The notes under the pieces: generated by a model | What the model saw: the letters and a program-made list of their open reading frames with translations, nothing else | Told to the model about the DNA's origin: nothing | Database searches by the model: none | Translations under genes and position numbers: made by a program | Assembly (NCBI GenBank): GCA_963754705.1 | Contig: CAVWGZ010000005.1 | Span: 162,161 to 226,160, forward strand | DNA length: 64,000 bases | Origin: an uncultured Actinomycetes bacterium | GTDB lineage: Bacteria; Actinomycetota; Acidimicrobiia; Acidimicrobiales; Ilumatobacteraceae | Direction: 5' to 3' | Shown: positions 20,201-29,755 of the stretch, in pieces | Numbering within the stretch: the first letter of the stretch is position 1 | Layout of the letters: each line of letters starts with the position of its first letter

Positions 20201-21238
20201 ATGCGCAGCATGATGAGCGAACTTCCGGATATCGAGGCTCTGTGGTTCGCCCATCGTCGCCGCCTGCTCGACATCGGCTACCGGATGCTGGGCAGTCTCA
20301 CCGACGCCGAGGACGTCACCGCCGAGGCCTACACCCGCCTGATCGCAGCCGATATCGACACGATCGATGACGTGGCCGGCTGGCTCATCACGGTTACCGG
20401 CCGGCTCTGCGTCGATCGGCTCCGATCGCACGAATCGAGCCGGCGGGCCTACGTGGGACCTTGGCTACCGGAACCAATTCTCAACCGCTCCGCCTCGGCC
20501 GGTTCGGACCCGGCGGAACGCATCACGCTGGACGACTCCGTTCGGATGGCCCTGCTCGTCGTGCTCGAACGCCTGTCGCCGGCCGAGCGAACATCATTTG
20601 TGCTCCACGACCTCTTCGGCCTGACGTTCGAAGAAGTCGGCGAGATCGTCGGCCGCTCCCCCGCGGCGTGTCGCCAACTCGCCAGCCGCGCCCGGCGACG
20701 CATTCGAACAGACCCAGAAACACCGCGCGGCAGCGTCGACCGAGCCGAACTCGACGAAGTCGCGCAGCGATTCGCCGCCGCATGTCGAGCCGGGGCGATC
20801 GAAGCCCTGCTCCACGTTCTCGACCCGAACGTTGTCGGCGATTTCGACTCCGGCGGAAAGATACCGGGAGCACCGAAGCGAGCCCTCGTGGGCTCGGACC
20901 ATGTCGCCAAGGTTCTGATCCACGCCTTCGCCGACCCGAGCCTCAGCGTCAGCTTCACGGTCGAGGACATCAATGGAGAGCCTGGTGTCGTCGCCCGAGT
21001 GCACGGGACGGTCGCGGCAGTCATCGCGATCGGCGTACGAAATGGCCATGTCGATCTCATCCACGCAATCGGCAACCCTGAGAAACTGGCCCGCCAGAAG
21101 CGTCGACGGCCGGTGCACCGCCTTGCCCGGGACCCCGGGGCCGAGGGGGAACGCATCGGCTCCATCGCACAGTGGCTCGCGATCGTGGCGCAAATTCGAT
21201 CGAGGATCGACAGCACGAGATGCCAGCATTGCGACTGA
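20201..21238 (+). CDS. ECF sigma factor of the SigJ/ECF41 type (C-terminal SnoaL-like extension)
   Basis: Region 2 reads GWLITVTGRLCVDRLR and region 4 reads LSPAERTSFVLHDLFGLTFEEVGEIVGRSPAACRQLASRAR. A long C-terminal domain ends ...IGNPEKLA plus a roughly 45-aa tail. The start is uncertain (ATG 20210 is also possible). Confidence 0.8.
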   Translation: MRSMMSELPDIEALWFAHRRRLLDIGYRMLGSLTDAEDVTAEAYTRLIAADIDTIDDVAGWLITVTGRLCVDRLRSHESSRRAYVGPWLPEPILNRSASAGSDPAERITLDDSVRMALLVVLERLSPAERTSFVLHDLFGLTFEEVGEIVGRSPAACRQLASRARRRIRTDPETPRGSVDRAELDEVAQRFAAACRAGAIEALLHVLDPNVVGDFDSGGKIPGAPKRALVGSDHVAKVLIHAFADPSLSVSFTVEDINGEPGVVARVHGTVAAVIAIGVRNGHVDLIHAIGNPEKLARQKRRRPVHRLARDPGAEGERIGSIAQWLAIVAQIRSRIDSTRCQHCD

Positions 21239-21252
21239 GCTGGAGATGAGAC

Positions 21253-22317
21253 ATGAAGGTTGATGGCGACACCCGTCCGCGCGGCGACCACGCCGGCGAC
21301 CACGACTTGGGCATCCTCGTCGACGCCATCGCCGCCGACGTGAGGTTCTCCGGCGTGGTCCGAGTCGATCGTGGCGGGTCCACCGTGTTGGATCGCGGCT
21401 ACGGCCTGGGAAATCGCGCCCACGGGATCACCAACCAGGTCGACATGCGGTACGCAATCGCCAGCGGATCGAAGACCCTGACGGCGTTGGTCGTGATGAG
21501 TCTGGTGGAATCCGGTGAACTGAATCTGCACACGCCGGCGCGGTCTGTGCTCGGCGGCGACCTGCCGTTGATCGATGATCGGGTGAGCGTCGAAGATCTC
21601 CTCGCCCACCGTTCCGGGATCGGCGACTACCTCGACGAGGACGAAGTCGACGACAGCAACGACTACGTGCTCACGGTGCCGGTTCACCAGCTCGTCACCA
21701 CTGAGCAGTTCCTGAGCGTCTTGGGTGGCCATCCGATGAAGCACGCTCCCGGCGAGCGCTTCACCTATTGCAACGGCGGTTACGTCGTTCTGGCACTGCT
21801 TGCCGAACGTGCGTCGGGAGTTGCGTTCCACGACCTCGTCGAGCAACGAGTGTGCCGGCCCGCCGAGATGAACCAGACAGCGTTCCTGCGTTCCGACGAG
21901 CTACCCGCAAACGCTGCGCTCGGCTATCTCCACGACGACGGCTTGCGAACGAACATCTTGCACCTTCCGGTGCGAGGCAATGGAGACGGTGGGATCTACA
22001 CAACCGCCGCCGACGTCCACGCCCTGTGGAGCGCTCTGTTTGCCGGGGACATCGTCTCGCTGGAAACCGTGGCGGAGATGACCCGACCGCGCAGCGACAT
22101 CCCCGACCAGTCGATGCACTACGGGCTCGGCTTCTGGCTCGACGACCTCACCGGCGCCGCACTGCTGATCGGCGGTGATGCCGGAGTCGGCTGTGTCTCC
22201 TCCTACCGCCACGACCACCGAATCACCGCCACCGTGATCTGCAATCAGACCCGAGGCGCGTGGCCATTCAGCCAACGTGTCAACCAGCTGCTGGCGGGCG
22301 ACGAGCAGTCATCGTGA
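21253..22317 (+). CDS. serine hydrolase, beta-lactamase (class C/esterase) fold
   Basis: It has the SxxK motif IASGSKTLT, the YxN motif YCNGGY and LLAHRSGIGDY. Confidence 0.85.
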   Translation: MKVDGDTRPRGDHAGDHDLGILVDAIAADVRFSGVVRVDRGGSTVLDRGYGLGNRAHGITNQVDMRYAIASGSKTLTALVVMSLVESGELNLHTPARSVLGGDLPLIDDRVSVEDLLAHRSGIGDYLDEDEVDDSNDYVLTVPVHQLVTTEQFLSVLGGHPMKHAPGERFTYCNGGYVVLALLAERASGVAFHDLVEQRVCRPAEMNQTAFLRSDELPANAALGYLHDDGLRTNILHLPVRGNGDGGIYTTAADVHALWSALFAGDIVSLETVAEMTRPRSDIPDQSMHYGLGFWLDDLTGAALLIGGDAGVGCVSSYRHDHRITATVICNQTRGAWPFSQRVNQLLAGDEQSS

Positions 22318-22362
22318 CCGATCGCTCGATCCGATGGCGGGTCGATCGAGGTTCGCAGCCGT

Positions 22363-23124
22363 TCACACCTTCGCCGGGTCGTGGCCGATCACGACGTCTT
22401 CGTGGTCGCCCAGCACGAAGCGGTGCAACGCGGCACCGAGCGCCGCACCGATGATCGGTGCCACCCAGAACAGCCACAGCTGACCGAGTTGATCGCTGCC
22501 GGCGAAGATCGCCTGGGAGGTCGACCGTGCCGGGTTGACACTGGTGTTGGTGACCGGGATCGAGATCAAGTGGATCAGCGTCAGCGTCAGCCCGATGGCG
22601 AGGCCGCCCATCGCGGGCGCCGCCTTCTTGGCGGTCGCACCAAGGATCATCACCAAGAACACGGCGGTCAGGACGATCTCCGCGAGGAGGGCGGCGCCCA
22701 TGCCGTAGCCGCCTGGTGAGAAGTCGCCGTAGCCGTTCGATGCGAACGCCCCTGGGCCATCGCCGATCTCGAAGCCGTCCTGGCCATTCGCAATGCCCAG
22801 GATCGTCGCTGCGGCGAGCACGCCGCCGACGAGCTGCGCCCCGATGTATCCAGCGGCGTTCTTGGGATCGAATCGTCCTGCGACGATCATGCCCACCGTC
22901 ACGGCTGGATTGAAGTGGCCACCTGAGATGTGTCCGAGTGCATACGCACCGGTCAGCACCGTCAAGCCGAACGCCAAGCTGACGCCGACGAATCCGAGGC
23001 CGAGACTCGACCCGTTGCCACCGACGCCGAAGTCAGCAGCCAGCACCGCTGCACCGCAGCCTCCGAGCACCAACCAGAAGGTGCCCACCAGTTCAGCGAC
23101 GAGTGGCTTGAGCCTGAAGTTCAT
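22363..23124 (-). CDS. aqpZ: aquaporin Z (MIP family)
   Basis: It has two NPA boxes (GGHFNPAVT and TSVNPARS) and six TM segments. Confidence 0.9.
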   Translation of the reverse strand: MNFRLKPLVAELVGTFWLVLGGCGAAVLAADFGVGGNGSSLGLGFVGVSLAFGLTVLTGAYALGHISGGHFNPAVTVGMIVAGRFDPKNAAGYIGAQLVGGVLAAATILGIANGQDGFEIGDGPGAFASNGYGDFSPGGYGMGAALLAEIVLTAVFLVMILGATAKKAAPAMGGLAIGLTLTLIHLISIPVTNTSVNPARSTSQAIFAGSDQLGQLWLFWVAPIIGAALGAALHRFVLGDHEDVVIGHDPAKV

Positions 23125-23335
23125 TCGTTCCCCTTGCCAACGTCCGTGTCTCGGTCCGGCGAGCAGGACGATAGGTCAGGCCCAGGCCCTGGGAACGGAA
23201 CCTCGCCCCGCGTCGCCCGCGTCGGCCGGTCGTGCTCCGCTGCGAGGCTGTGCCAGCGCTCACCATCGAGATCGCCGAGGGTTCGGCGTCGGCCGGCGAT
23301 GTCGGGTGGCCTGCAGGTCAGGTTGTTACGGTGGG

Positions 23336-24646
23336 ATGATGGCCGAGTCGGAGCAGCGCCGCCCGCCGTCGGTCGACCGCCTCGCCCGCAGCCTCGCGGG
23401 CTGCGGCCTGCCCCATCAGCTGCTCGTCGACATCGCCCGGTCGGCGATCGCCGCCGGCACTCCCGACGCCGCCGCGGACCTCGCCGACGCGGCGGTGCGG
23501 CGGCTGCTCCAACCGGTGATCAACGCCACCGGCGTCCTGCTCCACACCAATCTCGGTCGGGCGCCGTTCGCCCACGACCAGCCCGCCGCGGCGAGCAACC
23601 TCGAGCTCGATCTGCTCACCGGCAAACGCGGCGATCGTTACGCCGGGGTCGGACCGCTGTTCGCCGCCGGGTGCGGAGCCGAAGCGGCGATGGTCGTCAA
23701 CAACGGTGCCGCGGCGGTGCTCCTCGCTCTCGCCGCTGTCGCCGCCGGACGCGGCGTGGCGGTGAGCAGAGGTGAGAGCGTCGAGATCGGTGGGGGCTTC
23801 CGGATACCCGAGATCGCCGCCCAGTCCGGAGCCCGGCTGGTCGACGTCGGGACGACCAACCGCACCCGCCGCGACGACTTCGCCCGCGCCGTGCACTCCC
23901 CCGAGCTCGACGTCGGGTGCATCCTCCGGGTCCACCCGTCGAACTTTCGCGTCGAGGGATTCGCCTCTTCGGTGTCGATCGGCGAGCTCGCCGACCTGCC
24001 CGTGCCGATCATCGCCGACATCGGCTCCGGGCTGCTCGACGCACGCTGCCCATGGCTCGACGAGCCTCCACCGCTCTGGCTCGCCGGTGAACCTGCCGCC
24101 CGACAGACGCTCGCCGACGGCGCGTCACTGGTGACCTTCTCGACCGACAAGCTGCTCGGTGGCCCGCAGGGAGGCGTGATCGCCGGCTCGGCCGAGCTGA
24201 TCGAGCGGTGCCGCCGGCATCCGCTGGCGCGGGTGCTCCGGCCAGGGGCGACGATCCTCGGGGCATTGCAGGCGGTGATCCTCGACCATCTCCGCCGCGA
24301 CGTCCGATCGATCCCGCTGTGGCGGATGGCGACGGTCCCGCCCGACGAGCTCGAGCGCCGAGCGGAGGCGATCGTCCGGACGGCCACCGCCGACCACGAC
24401 GGCGCCACGCCGCCGGTGGTCGTCCCGACGACATCGATCATCGGCGCCGGTTCGGCACCGGGCGCCGGCCTCGCCTCGTTCGCGGTGGCGATCGACGGCG
24501 ACCACTCGTCGGCACTCCGCCGGCACACCCCGCCGGTGCTCGCCCGCGTCGAGCGCCACACCACGCTGTGCGACGTTCGGACGGTCGAGCCCAGCTCGGA
24601 TGCCGAGCTCGCTCGGGCGATCGCTGCGATCGGTCGACGCCGATGA
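23336..24646 (+). CDS. selA: L-seryl-tRNA(Sec) selenium transferase
   Basis: The motifs are VINATGVLLHTNLGRAP, VEIGGGFRIPE and FSTDKLLGGPQGG (PLP lysine). ATGA overlap with selB. Confidence 0.9.
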   Translation: MMAESEQRRPPSVDRLARSLAGCGLPHQLLVDIARSAIAAGTPDAAADLADAAVRRLLQPVINATGVLLHTNLGRAPFAHDQPAAASNLELDLLTGKRGDRYAGVGPLFAAGCGAEAAMVVNNGAAAVLLALAAVAAGRGVAVSRGESVEIGGGFRIPEIAAQSGARLVDVGTTNRTRRDDFARAVHSPELDVGCILRVHPSNFRVEGFASSVSIGELADLPVPIIADIGSGLLDARCPWLDEPPPLWLAGEPAARQTLADGASLVTFSTDKLLGGPQGGVIAGSAELIERCRRHPLARVLRPGATILGALQAVILDHLRRDVRSIPLWRMATVPPDELERRAEAIVRTATADHDGATPPVVVPTTSIIGAGSAPGAGLASFAVAIDGDHSSALRRHTPPVLARVERHTTLCDVRTVEPSSDAELARAIAAIGRRR

Positions 24647-26346
24647 CCGTCGTCGCCACCGCCGGCCACGTCGACCACGGCAAGAGCACGCTGATCATCG
24701 CCCTCACCGGCACCGATCCGGACCGCCTCGCCGAGGAGCAGGCGCGCGGGCTGACGATCGACATCGGTTTCGCCCACACGATGTTGGGCGATCGGGAGGT
24801 CTCGTTCGTCGATCTGCCCGGACACACCCGGTTCATCAAGAACATGCTCGCCGGCGTCACCGGCTGCGAAGGATGCCTGCTGGTCGTCGCCGCCGACGAC
24901 GGCTGGAAGCCGCAATCGGAGGAGCATCTGCGGATCCTCGACGTGCTCGGCATCGAGCAGGCGATCGTCGCGTTGACCAAGATCGATCTGGTCGACGAGG
25001 CCCGCCGGGCCGAGGTACACGCCGACATCACCCGACGCCTGCGGAGCACGTCGATCAGCGCTGCACCGATCATCGAGGTCGCCGCACCGAGCGGGATCGG
25101 GCTCGCCCGACTGCGCGACGAGCTGACCCAGCTCGTCGCCCGGCTCCCCGAGCCGACCCCTGGGCTCGGAGCGCGACTGTGGGTCGATCGCCGGTTCAGC
25201 CGCCGAGGTGCCGGGACGATCGTCACCGGGACGCTCGGCGGCGGGCGGATCTCGACCGGCGATCGACTCGTCGCCGAACCCGGCGGCGCGCCGCTGCGCG
25301 TCCGCCGGATCCAGATCCACGGCCGCGACCAGCCGTCGATCGGTCCGGGGCAACGCGCCACGCTGAATCTGACGGGCGCCGGGGTCGACGAGATCATCCG
25401 CGGCCAGTCGGTGATCGCCGCCGACTGCTGGCATCTGACCGACACCGTCGACTGCTCGCTGACCGTGTTCGACAACCTCGACCATCCGGTCGGCAGGCGC
25501 GGCGCCCACCTCGCCTACTTCGGCAGCGGCGAATGGCCCGTGCGCGTCCGCATCATCGGGTCCGGCACGATCGACCCCGGATCGTCGGGCTCGATCCGGC
25601 TCTCGTTACCGCACAAGCTGCCGCTGGTCCCCGGCGATCGTTACGTGCTGCGCGACGCCGGCCGGTGGGAGACGGTCGGCGGCGGGCAGGTCCTCGACGT
25701 CGATCCGATGCTGTCGCCCTCGCGCGCCCGGCCCGATCGTGACGTTGCCCGCGTCGTCGCCGAGCGCGGCTGGACCCGCGCCGAGGACGTGCGCCGGCTG
25801 ACCGGGGTCCGGCTCGCTCCGACGGTCGGCGAGTGGGTCGTCGACCCGGCAGCGCAGGCAGCGACGATCGAGTCGGTGGCGAGCCTGGGGCGCGCCGCGA
25901 TGCCACTCGGCACCGACATCGCGATCCTCGATCGGCACCAGCGCGCCGTGCTCGACGCCGGGCTGGTCCCCGACGCACGGGTGGCCAACGGGCGGCTGCT
26001 GATCGGCCCGGCGACCGACGCGCTCGAACACCACCCGTGGGTCCGCGGGTTGGCCGACGAGCTGTTCCAACCACCGCCGCCGGCGGGGCTGAGCACCAAC
26101 GAGGTCCGGATGCTGGCCCGCAGCGGGCTCGTCGTCGAGCGAGACGGGGTGTACTTCCACCGCGACGCGATCGAGCGTGCCGCGGTCGTCGTCCGGTCGA
26201 CCTACGCCGGCCCGGAGGGTTTCACCGTCGCCGAGTTGCGCGACACCCTCGCCGCCACCCGCCGAACGGTGCTGCCGCTGCTCGCCGAGCTCGACGCCCG
26301 CGGCGTGACGCGTCGCAGCGGCGATCGGCGAGTCGTCGTCGGCTGA
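24643..26346 (+). CDS. selB: selenocysteine-specific translation elongation factor
   Basis: It has the G motifs GHVDHGKSTL, DLPGH and TKID, followed by long C-terminal winged-helix repeats. Confidence 0.9.
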   Translation: MTVVATAGHVDHGKSTLIIALTGTDPDRLAEEQARGLTIDIGFAHTMLGDREVSFVDLPGHTRFIKNMLAGVTGCEGCLLVVAADDGWKPQSEEHLRILDVLGIEQAIVALTKIDLVDEARRAEVHADITRRLRSTSISAAPIIEVAAPSGIGLARLRDELTQLVARLPEPTPGLGARLWVDRRFSRRGAGTIVTGTLGGGRISTGDRLVAEPGGAPLRVRRIQIHGRDQPSIGPGQRATLNLTGAGVDEIIRGQSVIAADCWHLTDTVDCSLTVFDNLDHPVGRRGAHLAYFGSGEWPVRVRIIGSGTIDPGSSGSIRLSLPHKLPLVPGDRYVLRDAGRWETVGGGQVLDVDPMLSPSRARPDRDVARVVAERGWTRAEDVRRLTGVRLAPTVGEWVVDPAAQAATIESVASLGRAAMPLGTDIAILDRHQRAVLDAGLVPDARVANGRLLIGPATDALEHHPWVRGLADELFQPPPPAGLSTNEVRMLARSGLVVERDGVYFHRDAIERAAVVVRSTYAGPEGFTVAELRDTLAATRRTVLPLLAELDARGVTRRSGDRRVVVG

Positions 26347-27170
26347 GCCGTCGACCTGATCGGCGGGGACTCCAGATGGGTGTGGTCGGGTGCGACCCAC
26401 GGCAGTCCGGCGGCTCGCCAGGCGAGCACGCCACCGGCCAGGTCGGCGACGTCGGTGAAGCCGATCCTGACGAGATTGGCTGCCGCCAGCGACGAGCTGT
26501 AGCCGCTGTTGCAGACCACCACCAACCGCTGGTCGAACGACGTCACCGCCGGGTGGACATAGCCGTTGGACGGATCGAGATGCCATTCGATCAGCGTCCG
26601 CGGTACGTGGATCGAGCCGGCGATCACGCCGAAACGGCTCCTGTCGGTCGGCGTCCGCGAGTCGATCACCGTCGTGCCGTCCCCGACGGCCAGCCGGCCG
26701 AAGAGCTCCTCGGGAGTCACCCGACGGATCGTCGACCTCGCCTCGAACACCAGGTCGTGCACGGTCGTCCGGTCACCGCGGGCGAAACAGGCAACCGTAC
26801 GCCCCTCGAACAGCGCATCGCCCAACGGCCGCAGGTCGGCTGCGCCGTGCCCCTGGGCGAGGAACCATCGTCGATCCACCTCGACGAGCAGGAGCTGGCC
26901 GGCGGGTGCGAGATGCTGGATCGCGGTGTGGGCGACCGCTCGACGGATCCCGTCGTCGCCGACGAGCGCATCCGGACCGACGACGATCACGTCGAATCGA
27001 TCGGCGAGCTGGGCGGTGTGCAGCGCACTGCCGCGCAGCACGGTGGTCGTCGTCGCAGACCACCGCAACGACTCGGCGAGCGATCCCGCATCGTCACCGA
27101 GCTGGAGGACGTTCACCGGCCGGCCGGACGACTCGGAGCAGCCCGTCGCCAGGATCGACGACAGCTCCAT
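26202..27170 (-). CDS. degenerate methyltransferase-like domain fused to a rhodanese domain
   Basis: The N-terminus carries VLQLGDDAG...FDVIVVGP...APAGQLLLVE. The C-terminal rhodanese reads TVIDSRTP...VVVCNSGYSSSLAA...GGVLAWRAAGLP. The last 145 nt are antisense to the selB 3' end. Confidence 0.6.
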   Translation of the reverse strand: MELSSILATGCSESSGRPVNVLQLGDDAGSLAESLRWSATTTTVLRGSALHTAQLADRFDVIVVGPDALVGDDGIRRAVAHTAIQHLAPAGQLLLVEVDRRWFLAQGHGAADLRPLGDALFEGRTVACFARGDRTTVHDLVFEARSTIRRVTPEELFGRLAVGDGTTVIDSRTPTDRSRFGVIAGSIHVPRTLIEWHLDPSNGYVHPAVTSFDQRLVVVCNSGYSSSLAAANLVRIGFTDVADLAGGVLAWRAAGLPWVAPDHTHLESPPIRSTAQPTTTRRSPLRRVTPRASSSASSGSTVRRVAARVSRNSATVKPSGPA

Positions 27171-27272
27171 GCCCGACCATCGTAGAACGCGAGCGCGAAC
27201 GAGGATCTCACGATCCTCGAAACGTTCGCCAAACGGTGCGGAGCTGGTCATTCGATCTGGAAGGCTGCGCCG

Positions 27273-28220
27273 ATGATGCGCGTCGGACAGCTCGAGGATC
27301 GACTGCGCGGTCCGGCGATCGGCTCGGTGCGAATCCTCGCCGGCCTGCTGTGGCTCGCCAATCTGCATTGGAAGGTGCCCACCGATTTCGGTGAGTCCTC
27401 CGGGGGCGGGCTGTACAAGTACGTCGCCGCCGGCGCCGACAACGCGCCGCTCGCGCCGTTCAGGTGGGCGCTGCGCGAGCTGGTGCTGCCGAACTTCACC
27501 CTCTTCGGATGGTTCACCCTGATCAGCGAGACGGCGGTCGCCGCCTGCCTCTTGATCGGCTACCGCGCCCGGCTGGTCGCCCTGATCGGAGCGGCGATGG
27601 CGATCCCGATCGGCCTGACGGTGATCTACTACCCGCGAGCCGACGAATGGTCCTGGTCGTACTTGTTGATGATCGGCCTTCATCTGCTGCTCTGGGCGGC
27701 AGCGAGCGATGAACACCTCGCCGTCGACGGCGTGCTCGGTCGACCGCCGAAGCGGGCGAACGACGCGCTGCGGACGATCGGCATCGTCGCCGTCGTGATC
27801 GGGATCGCCGGGTTGTTCGTCGCCCGTTCGGTGGACTTCGTCGGCGACTCGGTCGCCCTGCTCGGCAGCGATGCGGGGTTCGTCGTCGACGACACGGTGA
27901 CCCGCCGGTGGGAGTTGAAGCTGCTCTGGTTCAACCCGTCGTGGGCGCTGTTGACGATCGCCTTCGGAGCGCTGCTGATCGTCGGAGTCCGGTACCGGGC
28001 GGCCGCGATCGCCGCAGTCGTCGGCTTCGCTGCACTGGCGGTGGCGGCGGCGATCGTCCAAACCTTCGACTATGTCCGCGACGACGGGTCGGTGCAGCGG
28101 ATCTCGACCGGCTCGAACGTCGCCGTGTGGGGAGGGATCGCGCTGGCTGCGGGCGTGATCGGCCGCCACGCGAGCGGTTCATCCGACGACGAGCGGGTGG
28201 GACCGACCGGCCCCACGTGA
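27273..28220 (+). CDS. polytopic membrane protein (DoxX/DoxD-like N-terminal half), function unknown
   Basis: It has about 8 hydrophobic segments. RILAGLLWLANLHWKVP is DoxX-like. Confidence 0.45.
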   Translation: MMRVGQLEDRLRGPAIGSVRILAGLLWLANLHWKVPTDFGESSGGGLYKYVAAGADNAPLAPFRWALRELVLPNFTLFGWFTLISETAVAACLLIGYRARLVALIGAAMAIPIGLTVIYYPRADEWSWSYLLMIGLHLLLWAAASDEHLAVDGVLGRPPKRANDALRTIGIVAVVIGIAGLFVARSVDFVGDSVALLGSDAGFVVDDTVTRRWELKLLWFNPSWALLTIAFGALLIVGVRYRAAAIAAVVGFAALAVAAAIVQTFDYVRDDGSVQRISTGSNVAVWGGIALAAGVIGRHASGSSDDERVGPTGPT

Positions 28221-28228
28221 ACCTACGT

Positions 28229-29080
28229 TCAACGGATCCCGAGGGTCACGTCGTTGCCGTCGGGGATCCCCTGGACCGCAGCCAGGAGGGCGTTGGCCGG
28301 CACCGAGAGCGGCAGGATCGTCCGGGTCAGGAGCAGGTCGGTGTCCAGCCGGCCGTTGCGCACCGTTGGCCCGAAGCTCCCCCAGAACGCGCCGTCGGCG
28401 GTGATGCACAGTTCGCTCGGGATGTCCTGCGCCCGGGCATCGAGCCCCAGGCCCCGCTCGTCGGCGCGTCCGCGACGAACGATCGGTCTGACGATGTGGT
28501 CCTCCGCGACGACGCCGAGCGAGGCCACCAGCGTGCGCAGCGGGTCGAGCTTCGGGCTGTCCAAGGCGCCGGCGGTGGTCGTCGCGATCCGCACTCGGAC
28601 GCCGAGTGCGACCAGCCGCGGCACGGCGTCGACGACCTTGGCGAAGTTGTCCGGACCGCGGGCCATGTCGTTGACGTCCGCCCGGTGTGAATCGAGCGAG
28701 ATCTGCACCGCGATCTCCGGGTGGGCGAGGGGGACGGCGCGCTCGATCCGATCGCCGACGAACAGCGTCCCGTTGGTCAGCAGTACCAGTGGGAGATGCC
28801 GAGCCATCTCGACCGCCGCCTCCGGGAGCCACGGCTCCAACAGCGGTTCGCCGCCGGTCACGCCGAGGCCGTTGAACCCGAGCTGCTTGGCTTGCTCGGC
28901 CACCGCGATCATCTGCTCGGCGCTGAGCTGGCGGCGTTCGCTGCGCGGTGAGGACTCGGTCAGGCAGTACGAGCAGCTCAGATTGCAGTGGTAGTTCGAG
29001 TACAGCCAGACCCTGCCGGGCAGCAGCCCGCTGAGCACGGCGTCGGCGATCGCCCCCTGCGTCGCCAGCTGCTCGCTCAT
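28229..29080 (-). CDS. radical SAM protein (no obvious SPASM/auxiliary Cys cluster)
   Basis: The motifs are YSNYHCNLSCSYC (CX3CX2C), GVTGGEPLL and LLTNGT. ATGA overlap with the upstream CMD gene (29077-29080). Confidence 0.8.
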   Translation of the reverse strand: MSEQLATQGAIADAVLSGLLPGRVWLYSNYHCNLSCSYCLTESSPRSERRQLSAEQMIAVAEQAKQLGFNGLGVTGGEPLLEPWLPEAAVEMARHLPLVLLTNGTLFVGDRIERAVPLAHPEIAVQISLDSHRADVNDMARGPDNFAKVVDAVPRLVALGVRVRIATTTAGALDSPKLDPLRTLVASLGVVAEDHIVRPIVRRGRADERGLGLDARAQDIPSELCITADGAFWGSFGPTVRNGRLDTDLLLTRTILPLSVPANALLAAVQGIPDGNDVTLGIR

Positions 29081-29643
29081 CCGCCGCCGGCCCGATCGGC
29101 GGCGCCGAGCGCGTCGGGGGGCGCCGGGAGCTGCATCGCGGTGGCGAAGCGGTTGAGGAACATCGTCGCCCCGACGGTGACCGTGACCTCGACCAGGGCG
29201 TGTTCGCTCCAGCTCGCCCGGGCCAGCTGCCAGATCTCGTCGGCGATCGCGCCGGTGCCACCGGCAAGGGCGTCGATCCAGCCGATCAAGGCCCGTTCCG
29301 AGTCGAGCGGGAATGCGTCCTCGATCGCCTGCGCACCGCGCAGCGCGCTGACCTCGGCGACGCTCAGACCGACCTCCAAGGCCACACCCGTGTGGGCGCT
29401 GATGCAGTAGCGGCAGTCCTGCAGGGCCGAGGTCCGCAAGATCGCGATCTCCTTCGCCCGCAGTCCCAGCGCACCGGCTCCGAGGGCGGGTCCGATGAAT
29501 CCCAGCGCCGGAGCGAGCAGCTCGGGCACGTTGGCCAGCGCGCCGACGATCGGGCCGGGATCGCCGTCGGAGAACAGGTGCCGGACACTGATCGGCGCAG
29601 TGGAAAGATCGAGCAGGTCCACACGCGACATGGGCACCATCAT
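29077..29643 (-). CDS. carboxymuconolactone decarboxylase / AhpD-like family protein
   Basis: EIAILRTSALQDCRYCISAH carries the CxxC-x2-H AhpD core. The start is one of ATG 29643, 29640 or 29631. Confidence 0.8.
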   Translation of the reverse strand: MMVPMSRVDLLDLSTAPISVRHLFSDGDPGPIVGALANVPELLAPALGFIGPALGAGALGLRAKEIAILRTSALQDCRYCISAHTGVALEVGLSVAEVSALRGAQAIEDAFPLDSERALIGWIDALAGGTGAIADEIWQLARASWSEHALVEVTVTVGATMFLNRFATAMQLPAPPDALGAADRAGGG

Positions 29644-29755
29644 GATCGGTCGACAGCACCGGGCAGAACGCCCGACAGAAAGTTCACCGATTGTTGAGCA
29701 CTCGCGGTCGGCACGCTCGCTGCCGTCCGGCTCGGCGATCCGATCGACGGCCGGG

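Noticed and set aside
10796-23335. A classical tRNA-Sec-anchored genomic island with att repeats and an integrase.
   Set aside because: By eye I could not find a second copy of the tRNA 3' end (GGTTCGATTCCCGTCCACCTCCGCCA) near 18.9 kb or 23.1-23.3 kb, and no integrase or recombinase gene is present. Only the weaker 'secondary insertion' inference is kept as a finding.
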